NCBI GenBank assembly: GCA_964016885.1
Contig: OZ024741.1
Span: forward strand, 252,030,001-252,094,000
Reading direction: 5' to 3'
Source of the DNA: Eledone cirrhosa
Lineage: Eukaryota
DNA: 64,000 nucleotides
Both the position numbers and the translations under genes were made by a program. Below the pieces are notes generated by a model that worked only from the letters and a program-made list of their open reading frames with translations, did not search any database and was not told the DNA's origin. Positions 46,850-64,000 of this stretch are shown here, one piece after another (position 1 is the stretch's first letter; the number at the start of each line of letters is the position of its first letter).

Positions 46850-49800
46850 CTATACCAGACCACACCACACTACACTATAACACAATTCTCTACACATCAC
46901 CTCATAATACAAAACTACACTATACCACACCACACCACACTACACTATAACACAACTCTCTACACGTCACCTCATAATACAAAACTACACTATACCACAC
47001 CACACCACACTACACTATAACACAACTCTCTACACGTCACCCCATAATACAAAACTACACTATACCACACCACACTACACTATACTATAACACAACTCTC
47101 TACACATCACCTCATAATACAAAACCACACGATACCACACCAGACCAGACTACACTATAACACAACTCTCTACACGTCACCTCATAATACAAAACTACAC
47201 TATACCACACCACACCACACTACACTATAACACAACTCTCTACACATCACCTCATAATACAAAACTACACTATACCACACCACACCACACTACACTATAA
47301 CACAACTCTCTACACATCACCTCATAATACAAAACTACACTATACCACACCACACTACACTATAACACAACTCTCTACACGTCACCTGATAATACAAAAC
47401 TACACTATACCACACCACACCACACTACACTATAACACAACTCTCTACACGTCACCTCATAATACAAAACTACACTATACCACACCACACCACACTATAA
47501 CACAACTCTCTACACGTCACCTCATAGTACAAAACTACACTATACCACACCACACCACACTATAACACAACTCTCTACACGTCACCTCATAATACAAAAC
47601 TACACTATACCACACCACACTACACAATAACACAACTCTCTACACATCACCTCATAATACAAAACTACACTATACCACACCACACTACACTATAACACAA
47701 CTCTCTACACGTCACCTCATAATACAAAACTACACTATACCACACCACACCACACTACACTATAACACAACTCTCTACACATCACCTCATAATACAAAAC
47801 TACACTATACCACACCACACTACACTATAACACAATTCTCTACACATCACCTCATATTACAAAACTACACTATACCACACCACACTACACTACACTATAA
47901 CACAACTCTCTACACATCACCTCATAATACAAAACTACACTATACCACACCACACAACACTATAACACAACTCTCTACACATCACCTCATAATACAAAAC
48001 TACACTATACCACACCAGACCACACTACACTATAACACAACTCTCTACACATCACCTCATAATACAAAACTACACTATACCACACCACACCACACTACAC
48101 TATAACACAATTCTCTACACATCACCTCATAATACAAAACTACACTATACCACACCACACTACACTACACTATAACACAATTCTCTACACATCACCTCAT
48201 AATACAAAACTACACTATACCACACCACACTACACTATAACACAACTCTCTACACATCACCTCATAATACAAAACTACACTATACCACACCACACTACAC
48301 TATAACACAACTCTCTACACATCACCTCATAATACAAAACTACACTATACCTCACCACACCACACTACACTATAACACAATTCTCTACACATCACCTCAT
48401 AATACAAAACTACACTATACCAGACCACACCACACTACACTATAACACAATTCTCTACACATCACCTCATAATACAAAACTACACTATACCACACCACAC
48501 CACACTACACTATAACACAACTCTCTACACGTCACCTCATAATACAAAACTACACTATACCACACCACACCACACTACACTATAACACAACTCTCTACAC
48601 GTCACCCCATAATACAAAACTACACTATACCACACCACACTACACTATACTATAACACAACTCTCTACACATCACCTCATAATACAAAACCACACGATAC
48701 CACACCAGACCAGACTACACTATAACACAACTCTCTACACGTCACCTCATAATACAAAACTACACTATACCACACCACACCACACTACACTATAACACAA
48801 CTCTCTACACATCACCTCATAATACAAAACTACACTATACCACACCACACCACACTACACTATAACACAACTCTCTACACATCACCTCATAATACAAAAC
48901 TACACTATACCACACCACACTACACTATAACACAACTCTCTACACGTCACCTGATAATACAAAACTACACTATACCACACCACACCACACTACACTATAA
49001 CACAACTCTCTACACGTCACCTCATAATACAAAACTACACTATACCACACCACACCACACTATAACACAACTCTCTACACGTCACCTCATAGTACAAAAC
49101 TACACTATACCACACCACACCACACTATAACACAACTCTCTACACGTCACCTCATAATACAAAACTACACTATACCACACCACACTACACAATAACACAA
49201 CTCTCTACACATCACCTCATAATACAAAACTACACTATACCACACCACACTACACTATAACACAACTCTCTACACGTCACCTCATAATACAAAACTACAC
49301 TATACCACACCACACCACACTACACTATAACACAACTCTCTACACATCACCTCATAATACAAAACTACACTATACCACACCACACTACACTATAACACAA
49401 TTCTCTACACATCACCTCATATTACAAAACTACACTATACCACACCACACTACACTACACTATAACACAACTCTCTACACATCACCTCATAATACAAAAC
49501 TACACTATACCACACCACACAACACTATAACACAACTCTCTACACATCACCTCATAATACAAAACTACACTATACCACACCAGACCACACTACACTATAA
49601 CACAACTCTCTACACATCACCTCATAATACAAAACTACACTATACCACACCACACCACACTACACTATAACACAATTCTCTACACATCACCTCATAATAC
49701 AAAACTACACTATACCACACCACACTACACTACACTATAACACAATTCTCTACACATCACCTCATAATACAAAACTACACTATACCACACCACACTACAC

Positions 49801-49980
49801 TATAACACAACTCTCTACACATCACCTCATAATACAAAACTACACTATACCACACCACACTACACTATAACACAACTCTCTACACATCACCTCATAATAC
49901 AAAACTACACTATACCTCACCACACCACACTACACTATAACACAATTCTCTACACATCACCTCATAATACAAAACTACAC
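46850..49980. repeat. Tandem higher-order duplication, 1565-bp unit x2 (boundaries approximate)
   Basis: Variant G of CACGATAC at 47131/48696 and of CCTGAT at 47388/48953. CATAGTAC, CAATAAC and CATATTAC repeat likewise. Confidence 0.85.
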
Positions 49981-52900
49981 TATACCACACCACACTACAC
50001 TACACTATAACACAACTCTCTACACATCACCTCATAATACAAAACTACACTATACCACACCACACCACACTACACTAAAACACAACTCTCTACACATCAC
50101 CTCATAATACAAAACTACACTATACCACACCACACTACACTACACTATAACACAACTCTCTACACATCACCTCATAATACAAAACTACACTATACCACAC
50201 CACACTACACTACACTATAACACAATTCTCTACACATCACCTCATAATACAAAACTACACAATACCACACCACACTACACTATAACACAACTCTCTACAC
50301 ATCACCTCATAATACAAAACTACACTATACCACACCACACTACACTATAACACAACTCTCTACACATCACCTCATAATACAAAACTACACTATACCACAC
50401 CACACCACACTACACTATAACACAATTCTCTACACATCACCTCATAATACAAAACTACACTATACCACACCACACTACACTACACTATAACACAACTCTC
50501 TACACATCACCTCATAATACAAAACTACACTATACCACACCACACCACACTACACTAAAACACAACTCTCTACACATCACCTCATAATACAAAACTACAC
50601 TATACCACACCACACCACACTACACTAAAACACAACTCTCTACACATCACCTCATAATACAAAACTACACTATACCACACCACACTACACTACACTATAA
50701 CACAACTCTCTACACATCACCTCATAATACAAAACTACACTATACCACACCACACCACACTACACTATAACACAACTCTCTACACATCACCTCATAATAC
50801 AAAACTACACTATACCACACCACACTACACTATAACACAACTCTCTACACGTCACCTGATAATACAAAACTACACTATACCACACCACACCACACTACAC
50901 TATAACACAACTCTCTACACGTCACCTCATAATACAAAACTACACTATACCACACCACACCACACTATAACACAACTCTCTACACGTCACCTCATAATAC
51001 AAAACTACACTATACCACACCACACCACACTATAACACAACTCTCTACACGTCACCTCATAATACAAAACTACACTATACCACACCACACTACACTATAA
51101 CACAACTCTCTACACATCACCTCATAATACAAAACTACACTATACCACACCACACTACACTATAACACAACTCTCTACACGTCACCTCATAATACAAAAC
51201 TACACTATACCACACCACACCACACTACACTATAACACAACTCTCTACACATCACCTCATAATACAAAACTACACTATACCACACCACACTACACTATAA
51301 CACAATTCACTACACATCACCTCATAATACAAAACTACACTATACCACACCACACTACACTACACTATAACACAACTCTCTACACATCACCTCATAATAC
51401 AAAACTACACTATACCACACCACACAACACTATAACACAACTCTCTACACATCACCTCATAATACAAAACTACACTATACCACACCAGACCACACTACAC
51501 TATAACACAACTCTCTACACATCACCTCATAATACAAAACTACACTATACCACACCACACCACACTACACTATAACACAATTCTCTACACATCACCTCAT
51601 AATACAAAACTACACTATACCACACCACACTACACTACACTATAACACAATTCTCTACACATCACCTCATAATACAAAACTACACTATACCACACCACAC
51701 TACACTATAACACAACTCTCTACACATCACCTCATAATACAAAACTACACTATACCACACCACACTACACTATAACACAACTCTCTACACATCACCTCAT
51801 AATACAAAACTACACTATACCTCACCACACCACACTACACTATAACACAATTCTCTACACATCACCTCATAATACAAAACTACACTATACCACACCACAC
51901 TACACTACACTATAACACAACTCTCTACACATCACCTCATAATACAAAACTACACTATACCACACCACACCACACTACACTAAAACACAACTCTCTACAC
52001 ATCACCTCATAATACAAAACTACACTATACCACACCACACTACACTACACTATAACACAACTCTCTACACATCACCTCATAATACAAAACTACACTATAC
52101 CACACCACACTACACTACACTATAACACAATTCTCTACACATCACCTCATAATACAAAACTACACTATACCACACCACACTACACTATAACACAACTCTC
52201 TACGCATCACCTCATAATACAAAACTACACTATACCACACCACACTACACTATAACACAACTCTCTACACATCACCTCATAATACAAAACTACACTATAC
52301 CACACCACACCACACTACACTATAACACAATTCTCTACACATCACCTCATAATACAAAACTACACTATACCACAACACACTACACTACACTATAACACAA
52401 CTCTCTACACATCACCTCATAATACAAAACTACACTATACCACACCACACCACACTACACTAAAACACAACTCTCTACACATCACCTCATAATACAAAAC
52501 TACACTATACCACACCACACTACACTACACTATAACACAACTCTCTACACATCACCTCATAATACAAAACTACACTATACCACACCACACTACACTATAA
52601 CACAACTCTCTACACATCACCTCATAATACAAAACTACACTATACCACACCACACCACACTACACTATAACACAACTCTCTGCACGTCACCTCATAATAC
52701 AAAACTACACTATACCACACCACACTACACTATAACACAACTCTCTACACGTCACCTCATAATACAAAATTACACTATACCACACCACACCACACTATAA
52801 CACAACTCTCTACACGTCACCTCATAATACAAAACCACACCATACCACACCACACCACACTATAACACAACTATCTACACATCACCTCTACAAAACTACA

Positions 52901-55900
52901 CTATACCACACCACACCACACTACACTATAACACAACTCTCTACACGTCACCCCATAATACAAAACTACACTATACCACACCACACCACACTATAACACA
53001 ACTCTCTACACATCACCTCATAATACAAAACTACACTATACCAGACCACACCACACTACACTATAACACAATTCTCTACACATCACCTCATAATACAAAA
53101 CTACACTATACCACACCACACCACACTACACTATAACACAACTCTCTACACGTCACCTCATAATACAAAACTACACTATACCACACCACACCACACTACA
53201 CTATAACACAACTCTCTACACGTCACCCCATAATACAAAACTACACTATACCACACCACACTACACTATACTATAACACAACTCTCTACACATCACCTCA
53301 TAATACAAAACCACACGATACCACACCAGACCAGACTACACTATAACACAACTCTCTACACGTCACCTCATAATACAAAACTACACTATACCACACCACA
53401 CCACACTACACTATAACACAACTCTCTACACATCACCTCATAATACAAAACTACACTATACCACACCACACCACACTACACTATAACACAACTCTCTACA
53501 CATCACCTCATAATACAAAACTACACTATACCACACCACACTACACTATAACACAACTCTCTACACGTCACCTGATAATACAAAACTACACTATACCACA
53601 CCACACCACACTACACTATAACACAACTCTCTACACGTCACCTCATAATACAAAACTACACTATACCACACCACACCACACTATAACACAACTCTCTACA
53701 CGTCACCTCATAGTACAAAACTACACTATACCACACCACACCACACTATAACACAACTCTCTACACGTCACCTCATAATACAAAACTACACTATACCACA
53801 CCACACTACACAATAACACAACTCTCTACACATCACCTCATAATACAAAACTACACTATACCACACCACACTACACTATAACACAACTCTCTACACGTCA
53901 CCTCATAATACAAAACTACACTATACCACACCACACCACACTACACTATAACACAACTCTCTACACATCACCTCATAATACAAAACTACACTATACCACA
54001 CCACACTACACTATAACACAATTCTCTACACATCACCTCATATTACAAAACTACACTATACCACACCACACTACACTACACTATAACACAACTCTCTACA
54101 CATCACCTCATAATACAAAACTACACTATACCACACCACACAACACTATAACACAACTCTCTACACATCACCTCATAATACAAAACTACACTATACCACA
54201 CCAGACCACACTACACTATAACACAACTCTCTACACATCACCTCATAATACAAAACTACACTATACCACACCACACCACACTACACTATAACACAATTCT
54301 CTACACATCACCTCATAATACAAAACTACACTATACCACACCACACTACACTACACTATAACACAATTCTCTACACATCACCTCATAATACAAAACTACA
54401 CTATACCACACCACACTACACTATAACACAACTCTCTACACATCACCTCATAATACAAAACTACACTATACCACACCACACTACACTATAACACAACTCT
54501 CTACACATCACCTCATAATACAAAACTACACTATACCTCACCACACCACACTACACTATAACACAATTCTCTACACATCACCTCATAATACAAAACTACA
54601 CTATACCACACCACACTACACTACACTATAACACAACTCTCTACACATCACCTCATAATACAAAACTACACTATACCACACCACACCACACTACACTAAA
54701 ACACAACTCTCTACACATCACCTCATAATACAAAACTACACTATACCACACCACACTACACTACACTATAACACAACTCTCTACACATCACCTCATAATA
54801 CAAAACTACACTATACCACACCACACTACACTACACTATAACACAATTCTCTACACATCACCTCATAATACAAAACTACACAATACCACACCACACTACA
54901 CTATAACACAACTCTCTACACATCACCTCATAATACAAAACTACACTATACCACACCACACTACACTATAACACAACTCTCTACACATCACCTCATAATA
55001 CAAAACTACACTATACCACACCACACCACACTACACTATAACACAATTCTCTACACATCACCTCATAATACAAAACTACACTATACCACACCACACTACA
55101 CTACACTATAACACAACTCTCTACACATCACCTCATAATACAAAACTACACTATACCACACCACACCACACTACACTAAAACACAACTCTCTACACATCA
55201 CCTCATAATACAAAACTACACTATACCACACCACACCACACTACACTAAAACACAACTCTCTACACATCACCTCATAATACAAAACTACACTATACCACA
55301 CCACACTACACTACACTATAACACAACTCTCTACACATCACCTCATAATACAAAACTACACTATACCACACCACACCACACTACACTATAACACAACTCT
55401 CTACACATCACCTCATAATACAAAACTACACTATACCACACCACACTACACTATAACACAACTCTCTACACGTCACCTGATAATACAAAACTACACTATA
55501 CCACACCACACCACACTACACTATAACACAACTCTCTACACGTCACCTCATAATACAAAACTACACTATACCACACCACACCACACTATAACACAACTCT
55601 CTACACGTCACCTCATAATACAAAACTACACTATACCACACCACACCACACTATAACACAACTCTCTACACGTCACCTCATAATACAAAACTACACTATA
55701 CCACACCACACTACACTATAACACAACTCTCTACACATCACCTCATAATACAAAACTACACTATACCACACCACACTACACTATAACACAACTCTCTACA
55801 CGTCACCTCATAATACAAAACTACACTATACCACACCACACCACACTACACTATAACACAACTCTCTACACATCACCTCATAATACAAAACTACACTATA

Positions 55901-58900
55901 CCACACCACACTACACTATAACACAATTCTCTACACATCACCTCATAATACAAAACTACACTATACCACACCACACTACACTACACTATAACACAACTCT
56001 CTACACATCACCTCATAATACAAAACTACACTATACCACACCACACAACACTATAACACAACTCTCTACACATCACCTCATAATACAAAACTACACTATA
56101 CCACACCAGACCACACTACACTATAACACAACTCTCTACACATCACCTCATAATACAAAACTACACTATACCACACCACACCACACTACACTATAACACA
56201 ATTCTCTACACATCACCTCATAATACAAAACTACACTATACCACACCACACTACACTACACTATAACACAATTCTCTACACATCACCTCATAATACAAAA
56301 CTACACTATACCACACCACACTACACTATAACACAACTCTCTACACATCACCTCATAATACAAAACTACACTATACCACACCACACTACACTATAACACA
56401 ACTCTCTACACATCACCTCATAATACAAAACTACACTATACCTCACCACACCACACTACACTATAACACAATTCTCTACACATCACCTCATAATACAAAA
56501 CTACACTATACCACACCACACTACACTACACTATAACACAACTCTCTACACATCACCTCATAATACAAAACTACACTATACCACACCACACCACACTACA
56601 CTAAAACACAACTCTCTACACATCACCTCATAATACAAAACTACACTATACCACACCACACTACACTACACTATAACACAACTCTCTACACATCACCTCA
56701 TAATACAAAACTACACTATACCACACCACACTACACTACACTATAACACAATTCTCTACACATCACCTCATAATACAAAACTACACTATACCACACCACA
56801 CTACACTATAACACAACTCTCTACGCATCACCTCATAATACAAAACTACACTATACCACACCACACTACACTATAACACAACTCTCTACACATCACCTCA
56901 TAATACAAAACTACACTATACCACACCACACCACACTACACTATAACACAATTCTCTACACATCACCTCATAATACAAAACTACACTATACCACAACACA
57001 CTACACTACACTATAACACAACTCTCTACACATCACCTCATAATACAAAACTACACTATACCACACCACACCACACTACACTAAAACACAACTCTCTACA
57101 CATCACCTCATAATACAAAACTACACTATACCACACCACACTACACTACACTATAACACAACTCTCTACACATCACCTCATAATACAAAACTACACTATA
57201 CCACACCACACTACACTATAACACAACTCTCTACACATCACCTCATAATACAAAACTACACTATACCACACCACACCACACTACACTATAACACAACTCT
57301 CTGCACGTCACCTCATAATACAAAACTACACTATACCACACCACACTACACTATAACACAACTCTCTACACGTCACCTCATAATACAAAATTACACTATA
57401 CCACACCACACCACACTATAACACAACTCTCTACACGTCACCTCATAATACAAAACCACACTATACCACACCACACCACACTATAACACAACTCTCTACA
57501 CGTCACCTCATAATACAAAACTACACTATACCACACCACACCACACTATAACACAACTATCTACACATCACCTCATAATACAAAACTACACTATACCACA
57601 CCACACCACACTACACTATAACACAACTCTCTACACGTCACCCCATAATACAAAACTACACTATACCACACCACACCACACTTTAACACAACTCTCTACA
57701 CATCACCTCATAATACAAAACTGCACTATACCAGACCACACCACACTACACTATAACACAATTCTCTACACATCACCTCATAATACAAAACTACACTATA
57801 CCACACCACACCACACTACACTATAACACAACTCTCTACACGTCACCTCATAATACAAAACTACACTATACCACACCACACCACACTACACTATAACACA
57901 ACTCTCTACACGTCACCCCATAATACAAAACTACACTATACCACACCACACTACACTATACTATAACACAACTCTCTACACATCACCTCATAATACAAAA
58001 CTACACTATACCACACCACACTACACTATACTATAACACAACTCTCTACACATCACCTCATAATACAAAACTACACTATACCACACCACACCACACTACA
58101 CTATAACACAACTCTCTGCACATCACCTCATAATACAAAACTACACTATACCACACCACACCACACTACACTATAACACAACTCTCTACACATCACCTCA
58201 TAATACAAAACTACACTATACCACACCACACTACACTATAACACAACTCTCTACACGTCACCTCATAATACAAAACTACACTATACCACACCACACCACA
58301 CTACACTATAACACAACTCTCTACACGTCACCTCATAATACAAAACTACACTATACCACACCACACCACACTATAACACAACTCTCTACACGTCACCTCA
58401 TAATACAAAACTACACTATACCACACCACACCACACTATAACACAACTCTCTACACGTCACCTCATAATACAAAACTACACTATACCACACCACACTACA
58501 CTATAACACAACTCTCTACACATCACCCCATAATACAAAACTACACTATACCACACCACACTACACTATAACACAACTCTCTACACGTCACCTCATAATA
58601 CAAAACTACACTATACCACACCACACCACACTACACTATAACACAACTCTCTACACATCACCTCATAATACAAAACTACACTATACCACACCACACTACA
58701 CTATAACACAATTCTCTACACATCACCTCATAATACAAAACTACACTATACCACACCACACTACACTACACTATAACACAACTCTCTACACATCACCTCA
58801 TAATACAAAACTACACTATACCACACCACACAACACTATAACACAACTCTCTACACATCACCTCATAATACAAAACTACACTATACCACACCAGACCACA

Positions 58901-61900
58901 CTACACTATAACACAACTCTCTACACATCACCTCATAATACAAAACTACACTATACCACACCACACCACACTACACTATAACACAACTCTCTACACATTA
59001 CCTCATAATACAAAACTACACTATACCACACCACACTACACTACACTATAACACAATTCTCTACACATCACCTCATAATACAAAACTACACTATACCACA
59101 CCACACTACACTATAACACAACTCTCTACACATCACCTCATAATACAAAACTACACTATACCACACCACACTACACTATAACACAACTCTCTACACATCA
59201 CCTCATAATACAAAACTACACTATACCACACCACACCACACTACACTATAACACAATTCTCTACACATCACCTCATAATACAAAACTACACTATACCACA
59301 CCACACTACACTACACTATAACACAACTCTCTACACATCACCTCATAATACAAAACTACACTATACCACACCACACTACACTACACTATAACACAACTCT
59401 CTACACATCACCTCATAATACAAAACTACACTATACCACACCACACCACACTATAACACAACTCTCTACACATCACCTCATAATACAAAACTACACTATA
59501 CCAGACCACACCACACTACACTATAACACAATTCTCTACACATCACCTCATAATACAAAACTACACTATACCACACCACACCACACTACACTATAACACA
59601 ACTCTCTACACCTCACCTCATAATACAAAACTACACTATACCACACCACACCACACTACACTATAACACAACTCTCTACACGTCACCCCATAATACAAAA
59701 CTACACTATACCACACCACACTACACTATACTATAACACAACTCTCTACACATCACCTCATAATACAAAACTACACTATACCACACCACACTACACTATA
59801 CTATAACACAACTCTCTACACATCACCTCATAATACTAAACTACACTATACCACACCACACCACACTACACTATAACACAACTCTCTGCACATCACCTCA
59901 TAATACAAAACTACACTATACCACACCACACCACACTACACTATAACACAACTCTCTACACATCACCTCATAATACAAAACTACACTATACCACACCACA
60001 CTACACTATAACACAACTCTCTACACGTCACCTCATAATACAAAACTACACTATACCACACCACACCACACTACACTATAACACAACTCTCTACACGTCA
60101 CCTCATAATACAAAACTACACTATACCACACCACACCACACTATAACACAACTCTCTACACGTCACCTCATAATACAAAACTACACTATACCACACCACA
60201 CCACACTATAACACAACTCTCTACACGTCACCCCATAATACAAAACTACACTATACCACACCACACTACACTATAACACAACTCTCTACACGTCACCTCA
60301 TAATACAAAACTACACTATACCACACCACACCACACTACACTATAACACAACTCTCTACACATCACCTCATAATACAAAACTACACTATACCACACCACA
60401 CTACACTATAACACAATTCTCTACACATCACCTCATAATACAAAACTACACTATACCACACCACACTACACTACACTATAACACAACTCTCTACACATCA
60501 CCTCATAATACAAAACTACACTATACCACACCACACAACACTATAACACAACTCTCTACACATCACCTCATAATACAAAACTACACTATACCACACCAGA
60601 CCACACTACACTATAACACAACTCTCTACACATCACATCATAATACAAAACTACACTATACCACACCACACCACACTACACTATATCACAACTCTCTACA
60701 CATCACCTCATAATACAAAACTACACTATACCACACCACACTACACTACACTATAACACAATTCTCTACACATCACCTCATAATACAAAACTACACTATA
60801 CCACACCACACTACACTATAACACAACTCTCTACACATCACCTCATAATACAAAACTACACTATACCACACCACACTACACTATAACACAACTCTCTACA
60901 CATCACCTCATAATACAAAACTACACTATACCACACCACACCACACTACACTATAACACAATTCTCTACACATCACCTCATAATACAAAACTACACTATA
61001 CCACACCACACTACACTAAACTATAACACAACTCTCTACACATCACCTCATAATACAAAACTACACTATACCACACCACACCACACTACACTAAAACACA
61101 ACTCTCTACACATCACCTCATAATACAAAACTACACTATACCACACCACACTACACTACACTATAACACAACTCTCTACACATCACCTCATAATACAAAA
61201 CTACACTATACCACACCACACTACACTATAACACAACTCTCTACACATCACCTCATAATACAAAACTACACTATACCACACCACACCACACTACACTAAA
61301 ACACAACTCTCTACACATCACCTCATAATACAAAACTACACTATACCACACCACACTACACTACACTATAACACAACTCTCTACACATCACCTCATAATA
61401 CAAAACTACACTATACCACACCACACTACACTACACTATAACACAATTCTCTACACATCACCTCATAATACAAAACTACACTATACCACACCACACTACA
61501 CTATAACACAACTCTCTACGCATCACCTCATAATACAAAACTACACTATACCACACCACACTACACTATAACACAACTCTCTACACATCACCTCATAATA
61601 CAAAACTACACTATACCACACCACACCACACTACACTATAACACAATTCTCTACACATCACCTCATAATACAAAACTACACTATACCACAACACACTACA
61701 CTACACTATAACACAACTCTCTACACATCACCTCATAATACAAAACTACACTATACCACACCACACCACACTACACTAAAACACAACTCTCTACACATCA
61801 CCTCATAATACAAAACTACACTATACCACACCACACTACACTACACTATAACACAACTCTCTACACATCACCTCATAATACAAAACTACACTATACCACA

Positions 61901-64000
61901 CCACACTACACTATAACACAACTCTCTACACATCACCTCATAATACAAAACTACACTATACCACACCACACCACACTACACTATAACACAACTCTCTGCA
62001 CGTCACCTCATAATACAAAACTACACTATACCACACCACACTACACTATAACACAACTCTCTACACGTCACCTCATAATACAAAATTACACTATACCACA
62101 CCACACCACACTATAACACAACTCTCTACACGTCACCTCATAATACAAAACCACACTATACCACACCACACCACACTATAACACAACTCTCTACACGTCA
62201 CCTCATAATACAAAACTACACTATACCACACCACACCACACTATAACACAACTATCTACACATCACCTCATAATACAAAACTACACTATACCACACCACA
62301 CCACACTACACTATAACACAACTCTCTACACGTCACCCCATAATACAAAACTACACTATACCACACCACACCACACTTTAACACAACTCTCTACACATCA
62401 CCTCATAATACAAAACTACACTATACCAGACCACACCACACTACACTATAACACAATTCTCTACACATCACCTCATAATACAAAACTACACTATACCACA
62501 CCACACCACACTACACTATAACACAACTCTCTACACGTCACCTCATAATACAAAACTACACTATACCACACCACACCACACTACACTATAACACAACTCT
62601 CTACACGTCACCCCATAATACAAAACTACACTATACCACACCACACTACACTATACTATAACACAACTCTCTACACATCACCTCATAATACAAAACTACA
62701 CTATACCACACCACACTACACTATACTATAACACAACTCTCTACACATCACCTCATAATACAAAACTACACTATACCACACCACACCACACTACACTATA
62801 ACACAACTCTCTGCACATCACCTCATAATACAAAACTACACTATACCACACCACACCACACTACACTATAACACAACTCTCTACACATCACCTCATAATA
62901 CAAAACTACACTATACCACACCACACTACACTATAACACAACTCTCTACACGTCACCTCATAATACAAAACTACACTATACCACACCACACCACACTACA
63001 CTATAACACAACTCTCTACACGTCACCTCATAATACAAAACTACACTATACCACACCACACCACACTATAACACAACTCTCTACACGTCACCTCATAATA
63101 CAAAACTACACTATACCACACCACACCACACTATAACACAACTCTCTACACGTCACCTCATAATACAAAACTACACTATACCACACCACACTACACTATA
63201 ACACAACTCTCTACACATCACCCCATAATACAAAACTACACTATACCACACCACACTACACTATAACACAACTCTCTACACGTCACCTCATAATACAAAA
63301 CTACACTATACCACACCACACCACACTACACTATAACACAACTCTCTACACATCACCTCATAATACAAAACTACACTATACCACACCACACTACACTATA
63401 ACACAATTCTCTACACATCACCTCATAATACAAAACTACACTATACCACACCACACTACACTACACTATAACACAACTCTCTACACATCACCTCATAATA
63501 CAAAACTACACTATACCACACCACACAACACTATAACACAACTCTCTACACATCACCTCATAATACAAAACTACACTATACCACACCAGACCACACTACA
63601 CTATAACACAATTCTCTACACATCACCTCATAATACAAAACTACACTATACCACACCACACTACACTACACTATAACACAATTCTCTACACATCACCTCA
63701 TAATACAAAACTACACTATACCACACCACACTACACTATAACACAACTCTCTACACATCACCTCATAATACAAAACTACACTATACCACACCACACTACA
63801 CTATAACACAACTCTCTACACATCACCTCATAATACAAAACTACACTATACCACACCACACCACACTACACTATAACACAATTCTCTACACATCACCTCA
63901 TAATACAAAACTACACTATACCACACCACACTACACTACACTATAACACAACTCTCTACACATCACCTCATAATACAAAACTACACTATACCACACCACA
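48420..64000. repeat. Higher-order repeats of about 4.6-4.7 kb (boundaries approximate)
   Basis: Variant G of CCTGAT at 48953/53574 and 50858/55479 (offset 4621). Variant G of TACGCATC at 52204/56825/61520 (4621, then 4695). CTTTAAC at 57681/62376 (4695). Confidence 0.85.

Larger units (their letters stand above)
44426..64000. repeat. Satellite array segment (runs off the window end)
   Basis: Uninterrupted 65/70-bp monomers. Confidence 0.98.

Noticed and set aside
44426-64000. Canonical telomeric repeat
   Set aside because: No TTAGGG or TTAGG tandem tracts. The minus strand is TGTGG/TGTAG/TATAG within a complex monomer.

Overview
Eukaryotic (animal-type) heterochromatin. About 54 kb of the window is one satellite array of roughly 800 monomers, mostly 65 or 70 bp, built from 13-14 degenerate pentamers (CTATA ACACA ACTCT CTACA C[A/G]TCA CCTCA TAATA CAAAA CTACA CTATA CCACA CCACA [CCACA/CTACA] CTACA). 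The + strand is almost free of G, and the monomers form nested higher-order repeats of about 1.6-4.7 kb. Five minus-strand, 5'-truncated non-LTR retrotransposon fragments interrupt the array and derive from only two insertion events. One is a single CR1-clade LINE (17349-18936). The other is an RTE-clade LINE present as four near-identical 2098-bp copies that share both junctions, so they were amplified together with the satellite. Both fragments lack the endonuclease but keep an uninterrupted reverse transcriptase frame, both inserted in the same orientation about 6 bp apart in monomer coordinates, and the RTE protein has a PHD-type C4HC3 finger inside its RT. No host genes, RNA genes or CRISPR arrays are visible. 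The best candidate for something new is the satellite plus PHD-RT compound repeat, but any function for it is inference only.
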